IMG/VR virus record: IMGVR_UViG_3300032116_000040
Span: 1 to 58,084 of that record
Reading direction: 5' to 3' (one strand)
From: a virus
Lineage: Duplodnaviria > Heunggongvirae > Uroviricota > Caudoviricetes
DNA length: 58,084 bases
Shown: positions 27,859-37,363 of the stretch, one piece after another
Numbering within the stretch: position 1 is the stretch's first letter
Layout of the letters: the number at the start of each line of letters is the position of its first letter
Notes under the pieces: generated by a model
Seen by the model: the letters and a program-made list of their open reading frames with translations, nothing else
Databases searched by the model: none
What the model was told of the DNA's origin: nothing
Program-made: the position numbers and the translations under genes

Positions 27859-28434
27859 TTATACGTTTATTTGACCTATTCGCGTTTCAGTCCACCAATC
27901 CGCTCTGTATTTCATAGTAACCTCATATATTTCGTTTGCCGTGTAGTTAAGCGAAATTGCATTAATTCCTCCGTTTGGAATCAAGGATTGAAAGGACCAC
28001 TCTCTAAAGATCTCACCAGTCTTGTTTGCCACGTGAACCGACATTGAACCTGTATAGTCTCTCTTTAATCCTTGGCTACCCGTTAACGGATTGTATACTA
28101 TATCGTTCCATGCTCTAAGAACATTATACACATAAGCGTTATTTTCCTCATTTAAGTTGACAGTAAATGTCAAAGTTAAATCAGCAGTCGTTGTGTCTGG
28201 AACCGCTCCTGCATAGGATCTAGTTGCAAACTTGTATTTTTGTTCAACTAGTGTTCCAGCAGAATTGATTTCAGGTATGCCTTCTAATTTTGTTACGTGT
28301 TCTACTAGAAGAGCTACTTCTGGTCCAGTGATTACCGCCGGTGGCGTTAAAATCACCTCAAACTGGTTTTGAAATACCGGTTCATAGTAATTGGTCGCCG
28401 CTGTCGAGTTTGTCCAATATGGTAAACCTGCCAT
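27859..28434 (-). CDS. gp19: Tail tube protein (gp19-like)
   Basis: YEPVFQNQFEV, R.YAG, LTLTFTVNLN, VYNVLRAWNDIVYNPLTG.QGLKRDY.G, L.Y...EI...Y. Confidence 0.85.
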   Translation of the reverse strand: MAGLPYWTNSTAATNYYEPVFQNQFEVILTPPAVITGPEVALLVEHVTKLEGIPEINSAGTLVEQKYKFATRSYAGAVPDTTTADLTLTFTVNLNEENNAYVYNVLRAWNDIVYNPLTGSQGLKRDYTGSMSVHVANKTGEIFREWSFQSLIPNGGINAISLNYTANEIYEVTMKYRADWWTETRIGQINV

Positions 28435-28453
28435 TGTTTATAGATTATTTTAG

Positions 28454-28462
28454 TTATTTATT
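28454..28462 (-). promoter_or_regulatory. Late promoter-like motif AATAAATAA
   Basis: Upstream of the tail tube gene. Confidence 0.55.
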
Positions 28463-28465
28463 TAG

Positions 28466-29572
28466 TTATGGATTAATATTTTTATTGTCCATTCTTGGTA
28501 CGGTAGTTTTTTCTTGCGGTTCATCAGTGCCTTCCGGCTCTTCTCCTTCCTCAGTGTCAATTATTTCAGAAGTTGGAGCCTCTTCAATGTTAAACAAGTT
28601 ATCAAAATCTATTTTTGATCTAATTGATACTTGTGATGATCTGTTAGAATAATTATCTATCAGTACTTTATTTCCTCTGAACTCCAAGACCAATGATGGT
28701 AAAATTGTTCTAAATATAAGTTCATTAATGTTTTCAATCGGATCGTATACTAGAATTTCTGATATTTTAGGATCGGTCGAATTGTCTATCGTAATTGATT
28801 CTTTTCCAGAAACTTTTACCTTAAATCCATTCCAGCTATTTATTGCCTTTCCGTCTAGCGTATCCACCATACCAGTTGACAACTTAAGAGTCACGTTTGG
28901 TGCTCCAGTGTCTAGCCCGCTAGTCGATACTTCTCTTAATACTATTCGATCTACCGTGAATCGAACCTCATATCTAGTGTTTTTAAAATATTTTTCGTTG
29001 ATTGCTTTTATCTGAGCCGATGTTAATTTTGTCGTAAATAGGACCTCATCCAATTTTCCACCAGTTGCTGGCGGAAGCTGTTTTGGCGGTTCGGGCAATC
29101 GTTTTTGGCCTTGTCCTAGTAGCTTTGGTGAAGGTGCTTCAGGTAGACCAAGCGGCTCAGCTGGACCTGAAGGCAATAGGTTATTCCAATCGTCATCAGT
29201 GATATCTGATTCGATTGGTTTCGGTAACTCTAATTGTTCGGGTTTATTTTCAACTGGGATTCCATCCATTTCCTTTGCATAATCTGGATTTATGATCCTC
29301 TTGATGGCTTCGCTTGCAAGCTCAAACTTTCTCTTAAGCAGGTTTACCTCGCTTAGCGTAACATAGGTTAGCGTGGCATAGCCTTCCTCAAATTTCATGT
29401 CTGGAAAAACATCTATCTGGTGTAACCAACCTCGAATATTTTTTTGATCAAGAGCGGTCTCGCCATCAATTATTGACCATGATAGATCATAGTTTAAGAT
29501 GGCTTGAAAGATGAAACCGCCGTCCTTTGCGCTAGCTTCATCCGAGTACGCTTTTTCAAAAATCTTATCCAT
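28466..29572 (-). CDS. Hypothetical late protein with Pro-rich linker
   Basis: 368 aa; LPSGPAEPLGLPEAPSPK...PEPPKQLPP. Confidence 0.6.
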   Translation of the reverse strand: MDKIFEKAYSDEASAKDGGFIFQAILNYDLSWSIIDGETALDQKNIRGWLHQIDVFPDMKFEEGYATLTYVTLSEVNLLKRKFELASEAIKRIINPDYAKEMDGIPVENKPEQLELPKPIESDITDDDWNNLLPSGPAEPLGLPEAPSPKLLGQGQKRLPEPPKQLPPATGGKLDEVLFTTKLTSAQIKAINEKYFKNTRYEVRFTVDRIVLREVSTSGLDTGAPNVTLKLSTGMVDTLDGKAINSWNGFKVKVSGKESITIDNSTDPKISEILVYDPIENINELIFRTILPSLVLEFRGNKVLIDNYSNRSSQVSIRSKIDFDNLFNIEEAPTSEIIDTEEGEEPEGTDEPQEKTTVPRMDNKNINP

Positions 29573-29829
29573 TAGTCCTTTTTACTGTCTCGAGTACGTT
29601 TGTAATTCTTCCAAAGCTCGTTGTATATGTTGCAAGATGCTCCTAGAAAGTTAATGATACCGACGTATTTTTTCTTGTCCTCTCCGTCCATGTTCGCAAC
29701 CTTAACACCAATTTTCTTGGCATCATTGATCGTAAGCTCCTCGTCCTCGTCCTTTCCGACTAACTTTTTAAGGTCACCCTTCTTTTCTAGTAGAGCATAT
29801 TGCTCAAAGCTAGTGATTGCTCTGTTCAT
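29572..29829 (-). CDS. Small putative internal head protein
   Basis: Starts MNRAITSFEQYALLE. Confidence 0.5.
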   Translation of the reverse strand: MNRAITSFEQYALLEKKGDLKKLVGKDEDEELTINDAKKIGVKVANMDGEDKKKYVGIINFLGASCNIYNELWKNYKRTRDSKKD

Positions 29830-29836
29830 TGGATTT

Positions 29837-30073
29837 TTACTTTTTACCTTTACCTACGATGCTTTTATTCTTAGCAGTCGTCATGTAGTTCTTAGTATAC
29901 TTGTCGATTTGAGGAGTTCCTTTTCCTTTAACTGGACCTTCTACTAAGCCTTGGTTGATCTTCATTGAACCCGATCTATCGTTTGCACCAACGTTAGCTT
30001 TTCCACGGTATCCCGATTCAGCTTTCTTGAATGCTGCCATAAATTGGTTATAGTTCATAACTGGATTTGCCAT
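29837..30073 (-). CDS. Small basic putative internal head protein
   Basis: Starts MANPVMNYNQFM; GATAAATAA at 30091-30099. Confidence 0.5.
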   Translation of the reverse strand: MANPVMNYNQFMAAFKKAESGYRGKANVGANDRSGSMKINQGLVEGPVKGKGTPQIDKYTKNYMTTAKNKSIVGKGKK

Positions 30074-30158
30074 TACAATTTAATTTTTTATTATTTATCT
30101 TTTTAAAATCAAAGAATTTATTGTATTATAGCCATATAAACAAATTAAAAGTTTTACC

Positions 30159-30710
30159 ATGAAAACAATCGTAGCCTTAGTCTTTACAATCCTTTCAATG
30201 GTTTGTATGTCCCAAGCAGAAAGAATAGAATCCTCTAAATTAGACTCTCTTATTTGGAAAAAAATAAATGAATATCGGGTCTCAAAGGGAGCAGAGCCGT
30301 TCCGTGTCTTTGAAGATTCTTTAATGCGAAAGTTTTCCACCAGAGTAGCCTATCGAAACATAGGTAAGCAGTTGACTTCTCATTCAGATAGCGTCGGTTA
30401 TTGGAACAATGCTGAGTGCCTCTATACCTTAACTTCTTCTGGATCTGGAAACAGCCCAATAATTAAGGAGATCTATCAGGCAAATTATGAATACCTTGCG
30501 GAAAAGACTGTGCAGTCTTGGATCCATTCTCCAAAACATGAACGCGCTATTTCTAGACCCGATTATGATGTAGCAACAATAGTTTCAATCATTATAGTGG
30601 ATCCAAAAAATAACGAGATACGATTAGATGCCACCTATCACGCTCTAGATAAAAATCACACCACATTTAACGGATACGTTTATCCAGTAACAAAAAAAGG
30701 GAATCGATAA
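30159..30710 (+). CDS. Secreted CAP/SCP-domain protein
   Basis: Signal-peptide-like MKTIVALVFTILSMVCMSQA; INEYRVS.G..P, NAE, V.SWIHSPKHE.AI. Confidence 0.7.
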   Translation: MKTIVALVFTILSMVCMSQAERIESSKLDSLIWKKINEYRVSKGAEPFRVFEDSLMRKFSTRVAYRNIGKQLTSHSDSVGYWNNAECLYTLTSSGSGNSPIIKEIYQANYEYLAEKTVQSWIHSPKHERAISRPDYDVATIVSIIIVDPKNNEIRLDATYHALDKNHTTFNGYVYPVTKKGNR

Positions 30711-30721
30711 GATTCCCTTTT
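30692..30721. terminator. Bidirectional terminator overlapping the CAP gene stop
   Basis: A7-GGGAATC-GATAA-GATTCCC-T4. Confidence 0.75.
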
Positions 30722-30740
30722 AAATTTAATCATTGAATTT

Positions 30741-32327
30741 TTATATTTCGACATTTTTAGTCTTATCAATCTTTCCATACTGTCTAACATATCGATCCTT
30801 CGGTAAAAGTACATCCTTCTGCTCTTTGTAGTTAATGTAAACATTATTATCCTCTATCTTACTTACTGTTACTTGATCTTCTGCTTTATCAGTATCTCCG
30901 ACCTTAGTTTTCATGTCTTTTGCTAAGATAATTATTGCTTGCCCAGATTTAAGGTTATTATAGTCAATTTTATCTTTCACAAAAAGTCCAGTTTTATTTT
31001 TAGCTACAGAACCAGCATCCCATTTGATTTTATAAAGAATAAGAGTATTATTGCCTTTTTCAACAGTAACTTTTGCTCCTTGATATTGAGTCTTTGTGAT
31101 AGGCTGAGCTGCCTCACTCTTAGTTGCAATAGAGTAAGAAATGTTTTTTCCTCCTCCTGGCTCGTCCAATGATATTTTCCAAGATATTGCAATGTTAGTC
31201 GCATTTACGTGTCCTCCTAAGTATGCAGCTAGTGCGTTTCTAAATGTAACTCCTCGATCGTATGCTAATTTAGCGTTTTTATCGTAGTCGTCAACCACTG
31301 AAGCTGGTGCAGCCGTTCCAGAAGTAGGCTTTTTCTTAGCCGCATAATCCTCTAATTTAGAGGGGCCACCTTTACCAGAATTATATTCTGGGCTCGCTGA
31401 TGAAATTAAGGTCATTGAATCGGCAACTCCATTATCTCCTAAGTAACTGATTATTTTATCTCCAATCTCTTTTACTTTAGGATGGTTTGCATCAACCTTT
31501 AGTCCCTTATCATCAGTATCTGCGCTTAATGCGGTAAATGCGATCTCAGTCGTTCCAGTCTGTGCCTCTTTTCCTTGTGGAGTTTCAGTAGTAGTCGTAA
31601 CACTTCCGCCAGTAACGCTTGCTGATGCTGGACTAACTAACATCAGATATCCTGATTCTTTAACTGTTCCTCCTCCTGATCCAGTCAAATCTACGATATT
31701 GTCCTTATCCACTATTTTAGTTGGATCGTATTGTGTAAAATTACCGACTGCCCAATTAGTAAGGTTAAACATATTAATATATGCACATATTGCAGATAGT
31801 GATGAAGTTTTACGCTTATCGGTTTCTGTTACAGAATCTGAATTCACTTTTCCTATCGTATCAATTTTGTCAGCCGCTGCTCCATATAATTGAACCTTTG
31901 TACCTGGTTGTGAAGTTATATTAAACTTTTCTATTATACTATCTACTTTATTTGCAGAGTATTTACCGTCATTCTTTATAAGATCTTCATCTCCTGCATA
32001 TTGTGCTATTCCAACTAAAAGTGCACCGAATGCTTCCAGACGGTCAAGATTAGTATTTATTTTATTTACGTATGTTCCTAAAACACCATCACCTCCTCTT
32101 CCCACGTATAGAAGAGGTATCGCCTCACTCCCAATAGTTTTTGTCATTATTGAATACGCTTTATTGTGATCTTTTGCAGTAAACGTAATTCTAGGAAGAA
32201 AATTAAAAGGCTTCACCTTATCGCCAGTAGTAACTGCTTCTAGGCTTCCTACTTCAAATGCTTCGTTAAGAGATAGGGACTCATGTAAAGCTCTCCATCT
32301 ATTATAATTTAATAAATAACCACCCAT
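30741..32327 (-). CDS. Putative head-packaged protein with OmpA-like domain
   Basis: Starts YLLNYNRWRALHESLSLNEA; MTLISSASPE...NAKLAYDRGVTFRNAL resembles the OmpA-like motif; GATAAATAA at 32347-32355. Confidence 0.5.
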   Translation of the reverse strand: MGGYLLNYNRWRALHESLSLNEAFEVGSLEAVTTGDKVKPFNFLPRITFTAKDHNKAYSIMTKTIGSEAIPLLYVGRGGDGVLGTYVNKINTNLDRLEAFGALLVGIAQYAGDEDLIKNDGKYSANKVDSIIEKFNITSQPGTKVQLYGAAADKIDTIGKVNSDSVTETDKRKTSSLSAICAYINMFNLTNWAVGNFTQYDPTKIVDKDNIVDLTGSGGGTVKESGYLMLVSPASASVTGGSVTTTTETPQGKEAQTGTTEIAFTALSADTDDKGLKVDANHPKVKEIGDKIISYLGDNGVADSMTLISSASPEYNSGKGGPSKLEDYAAKKKPTSGTAAPASVVDDYDKNAKLAYDRGVTFRNALAAYLGGHVNATNIAISWKISLDEPGGGKNISYSIATKSEAAQPITKTQYQGAKVTVEKGNNTLILYKIKWDAGSVAKNKTGLFVKDKIDYNNLKSGQAIIILAKDMKTKVGDTDKAEDQVTVSKIEDNNVYINYKEQKDVLLPKDRYVRQYGKIDKTKNVEI

Positions 32328-32390
32328 TTTTAAATAAGTTTTTTAGTTATTTATCTTTAATTTCTGCTAAAACTTTAGTATTTTATCACT

Positions 32391-33191
32391 ATGCCAGAAC
32401 TAGCCGAAATAAAAATTATGGCCGATTATATTAATCAGGCCTGTCGAGACAAAGATTTTACGAGCATTACCTTTTCTGAGAGTGCCAGCTCTCGTAAACT
32501 TGGAATCGTTCAGCCAACTGATCTTCAAATATTTGGGATCAAGGCCGAGTCTAGAGGAAAGGAGCTCATGCTCTCCTTGATTCAAGGAGGTCAAGTCTTT
32601 ATGAAGATTAGCTGTTCAATGGGAATGTCGGGTCACTGGAAATTTGTAAATCGATCGGAATTACTAAAGCATACCCACCTAATGTTTAATGCCGTTTCTG
32701 AAGAATCTCTCTGTTTGGTAGACACTCGTAGGTTTGCTCGATGGAAGGTCGTAACCGGCTGGTCTTCAGATAGGGGACCGTGCCCAGTCAAAGAATATTC
32801 AGAATTTAAGCATAATATCCTACGAAACCTACATCGGGTGGAATTCGATAAGCCGATCCACCTGGTGATGATGAATCAGAAATATTTTAACGGTATTGGA
32901 AACTATCTTCGCGCTGAGATCCTCTTTCATGCGGCACAAGACCCATTCACTGATGCTCGGACCGCAATAAGCACCAACCCAGTTATCCTTGAAATGTGTG
33001 AACAGCTTCCAAAGGAGGCATACGTTTTGGGCGGAGGTCAACTAAAGGATTGGGAAAATCCATTTGAGATTCCTGCAGGAGGTTTTGACGAGTGGATTCA
33101 GTGTTATGGCAAAGGCAAGTCAATCGTCGATAAAAACGGTCGCCGTATGTGGTTTCATGTGAGTCAACTCGAAACTTTCTCCCATTTTTGA
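32391..33191 (+). CDS. nei: Fpg/Nei DNA glycosylase, NEIL1-like
   Basis: MPELAE, RGKEL, GMSG, D.RRF, H2TH FNGIGNYLRAEIL; no four-Cys zinc finger. Confidence 0.9.
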   Translation: MPELAEIKIMADYINQACRDKDFTSITFSESASSRKLGIVQPTDLQIFGIKAESRGKELMLSLIQGGQVFMKISCSMGMSGHWKFVNRSELLKHTHLMFNAVSEESLCLVDTRRFARWKVVTGWSSDRGPCPVKEYSEFKHNILRNLHRVEFDKPIHLVMMNQKYFNGIGNYLRAEILFHAAQDPFTDARTAISTNPVILEMCEQLPKEAYVLGGGQLKDWENPFEIPAGGFDEWIQCYGKGKSIVDKNGRRMWFHVSQLETFSHF

Positions 33192-33223
33192 GTTCTATTA
33201 ATGTAACTTATAAATAGTAAATA

Positions 33224-33406
33224 ATGTTTGGGAAACTATTACAGCCTAGGCTTTCAAAAAGAGAAAGGGCAATAATTAATGAGTGTTGCAGACAGGTATC
33301 CGAGTCCATGAAAAAGGCGGATGATCAGAATATTCTTGACCCTGAGATAAAACAGATACATCAAGAAATTCAAATAATAATGAAAAAACTAGAACCTACT
33401 ACATGA
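33224..33406 (+). CDS. Hypothetical protein
   Basis: 60 aa; overlaps the next start (ATGA). Confidence 0.5.
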   Translation: MFGKLLQPRLSKRERAIINECCRQVSESMKKADDQNILDPEIKQIHQEIQIIMKKLEPTT

Positions 33407-34995
33407 GCGATATTCCTCTTGAGTTTTCACCAAGACCCCAACAAGTCCAAATATTAGATTTCGTAAAATCTTCAATTCAAGAAGGAAAGAAATTTATCAT
33501 GATTGATGCACCGACTGGTGTCGGTAAATCCTATGCTGCCATCATGGTTGCGGAATGGTATCGATCGGAGCATTCAAAAAAGGCAAAGACTGATATTATT
33601 ACAAACACAAAGATCTTACAGGACCAATACGTAAAAGATTTTAAGTTCGCGGCAAACCTTAAGGGCAAGAATAATTACTGGTGTCGCACTCAAGGAATGG
33701 GATGTGGAGATGCACAGGTGATTAATAAAGCCAGTGATAAACGATGCTCGGTCTGCCCACATAAATTAGCACAGTCTAAGTTTTTAAAGAGCCCAGTAAG
33801 TCTAGCTAACTTTCACCTAGTCACGGCATACTCAATGTATTCTCCAGACATGATGGCTGAACGTAATTCTAAACTTTTAATAATTGATGAAGCTCATGCA
33901 TTTGAAGAGACATTTTGTGATTTTATTATGTCCACCTATTCTGAGCGTAGCCTAAAGATTCTTGACGTTTGGCAAGATTGGATGGAAAGGGATTTAGATA
34001 ACATCACCTCTCTTACTGAGCTTTCGGATTGGACCAATGATGTGCTAGTTCCCTTGCTTGCAGCAAAGGCTGGCGAGTTATTAGAGGAGGCTAAGGAGAC
34101 TCGTCAAAAAAAGAAAAAGATCGACCTAATTAAAAAAGCTGACCATGTTGACAAATCGATGTGTAAATACAATCGATTTGTGAATGATCGTGAAAACTAC
34201 AAGACGAATTGGACCTTTGAAAAAGACCTAGATCAGTACGGCAAGACTCGAATCGTAGTTGAACCTATTTGGGGAAACCTTTATCTTAAGGAACTTTTTT
34301 GGAACGAATACGATCATGTGATCCTGATGTCAGGTACGATCCTAGATCGCGAGCTTTTCTCCTTTATAATGGGAGTAGAGGATCATGAGTCCTCATACTT
34401 GCCCTTACCTTGCCCGTTTGATGCTACCAAAAGACCGGTAATCTATCTAAGGTTCGGTAAGATGTCTTATTATAATAAAAAAGAGACTTTTGCTAGAGCT
34501 GTGCCAATAATAGGTAAGATCCTAGAAAAGAACCATGATAATAAGGGCATAATCCACACAGCTAATTATGAATTTAGCAAGTGGATTCAAAATTCCATTC
34601 AGGATGCTCGCCTAATCTTTCATGATTCCATGTCTAGAGAAAAATCACTGGAAGATCACCTAACCTCTAAGTTGGAAACCGTGCTAGTATCTCCATCCAT
34701 GATCAATGGAGTCGATTTAAAGGATGAGCTTTCCAGGTTTCAGGTGATCCTAAAGGTACCTTTTCCCAATCTTGTTAGTACAAAGATAAAGAAGAGACTT
34801 GATACTCGTCCAGAATGGTATAATTGGAAGACTCTGGTGGACCTTCTTCAAGCTTATGGTAGATCAATAAGAAATGATGAAGATTGGGCAGAGACCTATA
34901 TTCTAGATGAGTGCTTTGATCAGATTCTTGAAAATAAAAACGTGCCTCAATACTTTTTAGATGCGCTCAAAGTAAAAAAATTAGCAAAACGATAA
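33403..34995 (+). CDS. DinG/XPD-family SF2 helicase
   Basis: Q motif PRPQQ, APTGVGKS, four-Cys cluster C..C..C..C, DEAH, MSGT, EGVD-like NGVD, QAYGRSIR..DW. Confidence 0.88.
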   Translation: MSDIPLEFSPRPQQVQILDFVKSSIQEGKKFIMIDAPTGVGKSYAAIMVAEWYRSEHSKKAKTDIITNTKILQDQYVKDFKFAANLKGKNNYWCRTQGMGCGDAQVINKASDKRCSVCPHKLAQSKFLKSPVSLANFHLVTAYSMYSPDMMAERNSKLLIIDEAHAFEETFCDFIMSTYSERSLKILDVWQDWMERDLDNITSLTELSDWTNDVLVPLLAAKAGELLEEAKETRQKKKKIDLIKKADHVDKSMCKYNRFVNDRENYKTNWTFEKDLDQYGKTRIVVEPIWGNLYLKELFWNEYDHVILMSGTILDRELFSFIMGVEDHESSYLPLPCPFDATKRPVIYLRFGKMSYYNKKETFARAVPIIGKILEKNHDNKGIIHTANYEFSKWIQNSIQDARLIFHDSMSREKSLEDHLTSKLETVLVSPSMINGVDLKDELSRFQVILKVPFPNLVSTKIKKRLDTRPEWYNWKTLVDLLQAYGRSIRNDEDWAETYILDECFDQILENKNVPQYFLDALKVKKLAKR

Positions 34996-36860
34996 TGGCT
35001 AAAAAAACAATTGAAACTAAATATCAGAAACTCACTGACGTCGAGCACGTCCTATTAAGACCATCGATGTATATCGGATCGATCGCCATCCATACCGGAG
35101 ATCAATATCTTTATGATGGAGAAAAGGTGACAATTGAGGAAGTTCACTACAATCCTGGTTTTATCAAGATATTCGATGAAATCGTTTCAAATTCAGTCGA
35201 TGAACATCGTCGAAATCCTAAATTAAATGAGATCAGAGTCACGATTAACCTAGATACAACTCAGATTTCAGTTTGGGATAACGGCGGAATTCCCGTTGAA
35301 AAACATCCGGTCCATAAAGAGTGGATTCCAGAGATGATTTTCTCTAATCTTAAAGCCGGTTCTAATTTTGATGACTCAGAACAAAGAACGGTTGCCGGTA
35401 CCAATGGTGTAGGTTCAACTCTGACCAACATCTTTAGTAAAAAGTTCTTAATTTCTACCTGTGATGGTAAAAATAGGTTCGACCAGACCTTTACTGACAA
35501 CATGGGCAAGAGGACCTCTGCAAAGATAGCTCCAGCTAAGAGAGGATTTACTGAAATATCATTTTTTCCGGATCTTGAACGATTTAAGATGAGATTAATT
35601 GACGAAAAGTCATTCCAGATACTATTTAAACGCTGTCTAGATTTAGTTGCGTGTAATAATAAGCTTACCTTAAAGCTAACTAAGGTCAAAGACGGTAAAA
35701 AAAGCGATTTTTTACTAAAATTTAAGAGCTTTGAAGAGTACATTCAACTCTATACCGAAGAATATTTCTTTGAAGAGACCAAAGATTGGAAAATAGGCTT
35801 TGCAAAGTCAGAAAATGGCTTTCAAAACGTTAGTTTTGTCAATTCAGTCCACACAAAGGACGGCGGAACTCACGTGGAATACATCACTAATCAGCTGATC
35901 GCTCAATTAAGAGAAATGATCAAGAAAAAGCACAGAGTCGACGTAAAACCAAGCGATATTCGCAATCATCTCTACGTTTTTATCGATTCTACGATCGTAA
36001 ATTCATTTTTTAGCTCACAGACCAAGGAAAAACTGATCACTGAGGTCAAAGATTTCGGCACCAAGCACGAAGTCACAGATAAAATTGCAAAGTTAGTCTT
36101 TAAATCAGAAATAATCCAATCCGTTTTAGATTGGATTGAGAAAAAAGCCCTTGCTCAAGAGAGAGCGGAGCTTCGAAAACTAAATAAGGACCTAGATAAG
36201 ACAAAAATCCCAAAATTGATAGATGCACAGAAAAAAGGTGATCGCGGAGTGTGTATTTTAGGAATATATGAAGGTCTTTCAGCAGTTTCAGCAGTTCGTA
36301 AGTTTAGGGATACTCAAACGATCGGAGCATTTCCGTTAAAGGGTAAATTCATCAACGTTAGTGAGATGAAAAGCTCTGAAATTATCAAAAATGACGAAGC
36401 TGTACAGCTAATGGCCTCACTTGGGTTAAAATTAGGCGAAGAACCCAAAGGATTACGATACGGTCGCATTTATATTTATACAGATGCCGATCCGGATGGA
36501 AGCCACATCGCAGCAACTCTAATTAATTTCTTCAATCGCTTCTGGCCGGAACTTTTTGATCAGGGTCGAGTGTATAAGGTGATGACTCCGCTAGTTGTCG
36601 CTAAAAAAGGCAAAGAATCGCTCAATTTTTACACAAATGATGAGTTTGAAGCGTGGCTAAAGAAGAATAAGGCTTCTACTTGGGAAATAGAGTATAAAAA
36701 GGGACTTGGTGCACTTGAGGACGCTGAATATGAGGAAATCATCAAAAATCCTTACCTAGTTCAAATTAAAAACGATAAAGAGTATAAAGAGTCGTTAGAA
36801 TCGTGGTTCGGTAAGGATTCTCAACCCCGAAAGGACCGGATTCTTGGAAATAATCAATAA
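34995..36860 (+). CDS. gp39: Type II topoisomerase, GyrB/ParE-like subunit (T4 gp39+60-like)
   Basis: EHVLLRP.MYIGS, EIVSNSVDE, DNGGIP, GTNGVG, EGLSA, PLKGK, DADPDG, YKKGLG. Confidence 0.93.
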   Translation: MAKKTIETKYQKLTDVEHVLLRPSMYIGSIAIHTGDQYLYDGEKVTIEEVHYNPGFIKIFDEIVSNSVDEHRRNPKLNEIRVTINLDTTQISVWDNGGIPVEKHPVHKEWIPEMIFSNLKAGSNFDDSEQRTVAGTNGVGSTLTNIFSKKFLISTCDGKNRFDQTFTDNMGKRTSAKIAPAKRGFTEISFFPDLERFKMRLIDEKSFQILFKRCLDLVACNNKLTLKLTKVKDGKKSDFLLKFKSFEEYIQLYTEEYFFEETKDWKIGFAKSENGFQNVSFVNSVHTKDGGTHVEYITNQLIAQLREMIKKKHRVDVKPSDIRNHLYVFIDSTIVNSFFSSQTKEKLITEVKDFGTKHEVTDKIAKLVFKSEIIQSVLDWIEKKALAQERAELRKLNKDLDKTKIPKLIDAQKKGDRGVCILGIYEGLSAVSAVRKFRDTQTIGAFPLKGKFINVSEMKSSEIIKNDEAVQLMASLGLKLGEEPKGLRYGRIYIYTDADPDGSHIAATLINFFNRFWPELFDQGRVYKVMTPLVVAKKGKESLNFYTNDEFEAWLKKNKASTWEIEYKKGLGALEDAEYEEIIKNPYLVQIKNDKEYKESLESWFGKDSQPRKDRILGNNQ

Positions 36861-36862
36861 TT

Positions 36863-36979
36863 GTGAAATATTATAATGAATTTGAAAGAAGACCTAAATT
36901 CATCTTTATCTGGATGATAATCATTAGTTTGTTCTTTTTTACAGTCAGTATTTTGATCAAAACTTTAAGCTAAGCTAGA
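36863..36979 (+). CDS. Candidate 38-aa single-pass membrane microprotein
   Basis: GTG start; MKYYNEFERRPKFIFIWMIIISLFFFTVSILIKNFKLS; below the ORF track length cutoff. Confidence 0.35.
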
Positions 36980-36988
36980 AGTAAAAAA
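36961..36988 (+). promoter_or_regulatory. Class-2 promoter motif
   Basis: AAACTTT followed at +20 by AGTAAAAA. Confidence 0.5.
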
Positions 36989-37006
36989 TAAAAAAGCCCA
37001 ATTTAT

Positions 37007-37363
37007 ATGACATTTGAAAGTTTCAAACAAGTCACGGACCTAATGGTTGCAAGTTCAGCTAAAATTGATAAAACATACGAGGTAGGCATCGATCTTATTG
37101 AATTCGTCGATGATTACAATACGACTATCCATTTTCTTTGGAGTCAATTATTAACGACTGACGGATTAGACTGGTTTAATTGGTTCATGTATGAAAAAAA
37201 CTATCTTTGCGATGGAATCGGTAATCCTGAACTCCAGGCCTTTCATAAAACATACGATCCGGTAACTAGCGAGCCGATTGAAACTGAGATCGTCGCTGAT
37301 CTTAAGGGATTATATGATTATTTACTTGAAAACAATTATTTTAAATGCGAAAGCCCGAAATAA
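37007..37363 (+). CDS. Hypothetical protein between the topoisomerase subunits
   Basis: 118 aa; LDWFNWFMYE motif. Confidence 0.65.
   Translation: MTFESFKQVTDLMVASSAKIDKTYEVGIDLIEFVDDYNTTIHFLWSQLLTTDGLDWFNWFMYEKNYLCDGIGNPELQAFHKTYDPVTSEPIETEIVADLKGLYDYLLENNYFKCESPK

Noticed and set aside
32370-32376. AAACTTT before nei as a class-2 promoter
   Set aside because: No second element at the 19-20 nt spacing before the start codon.
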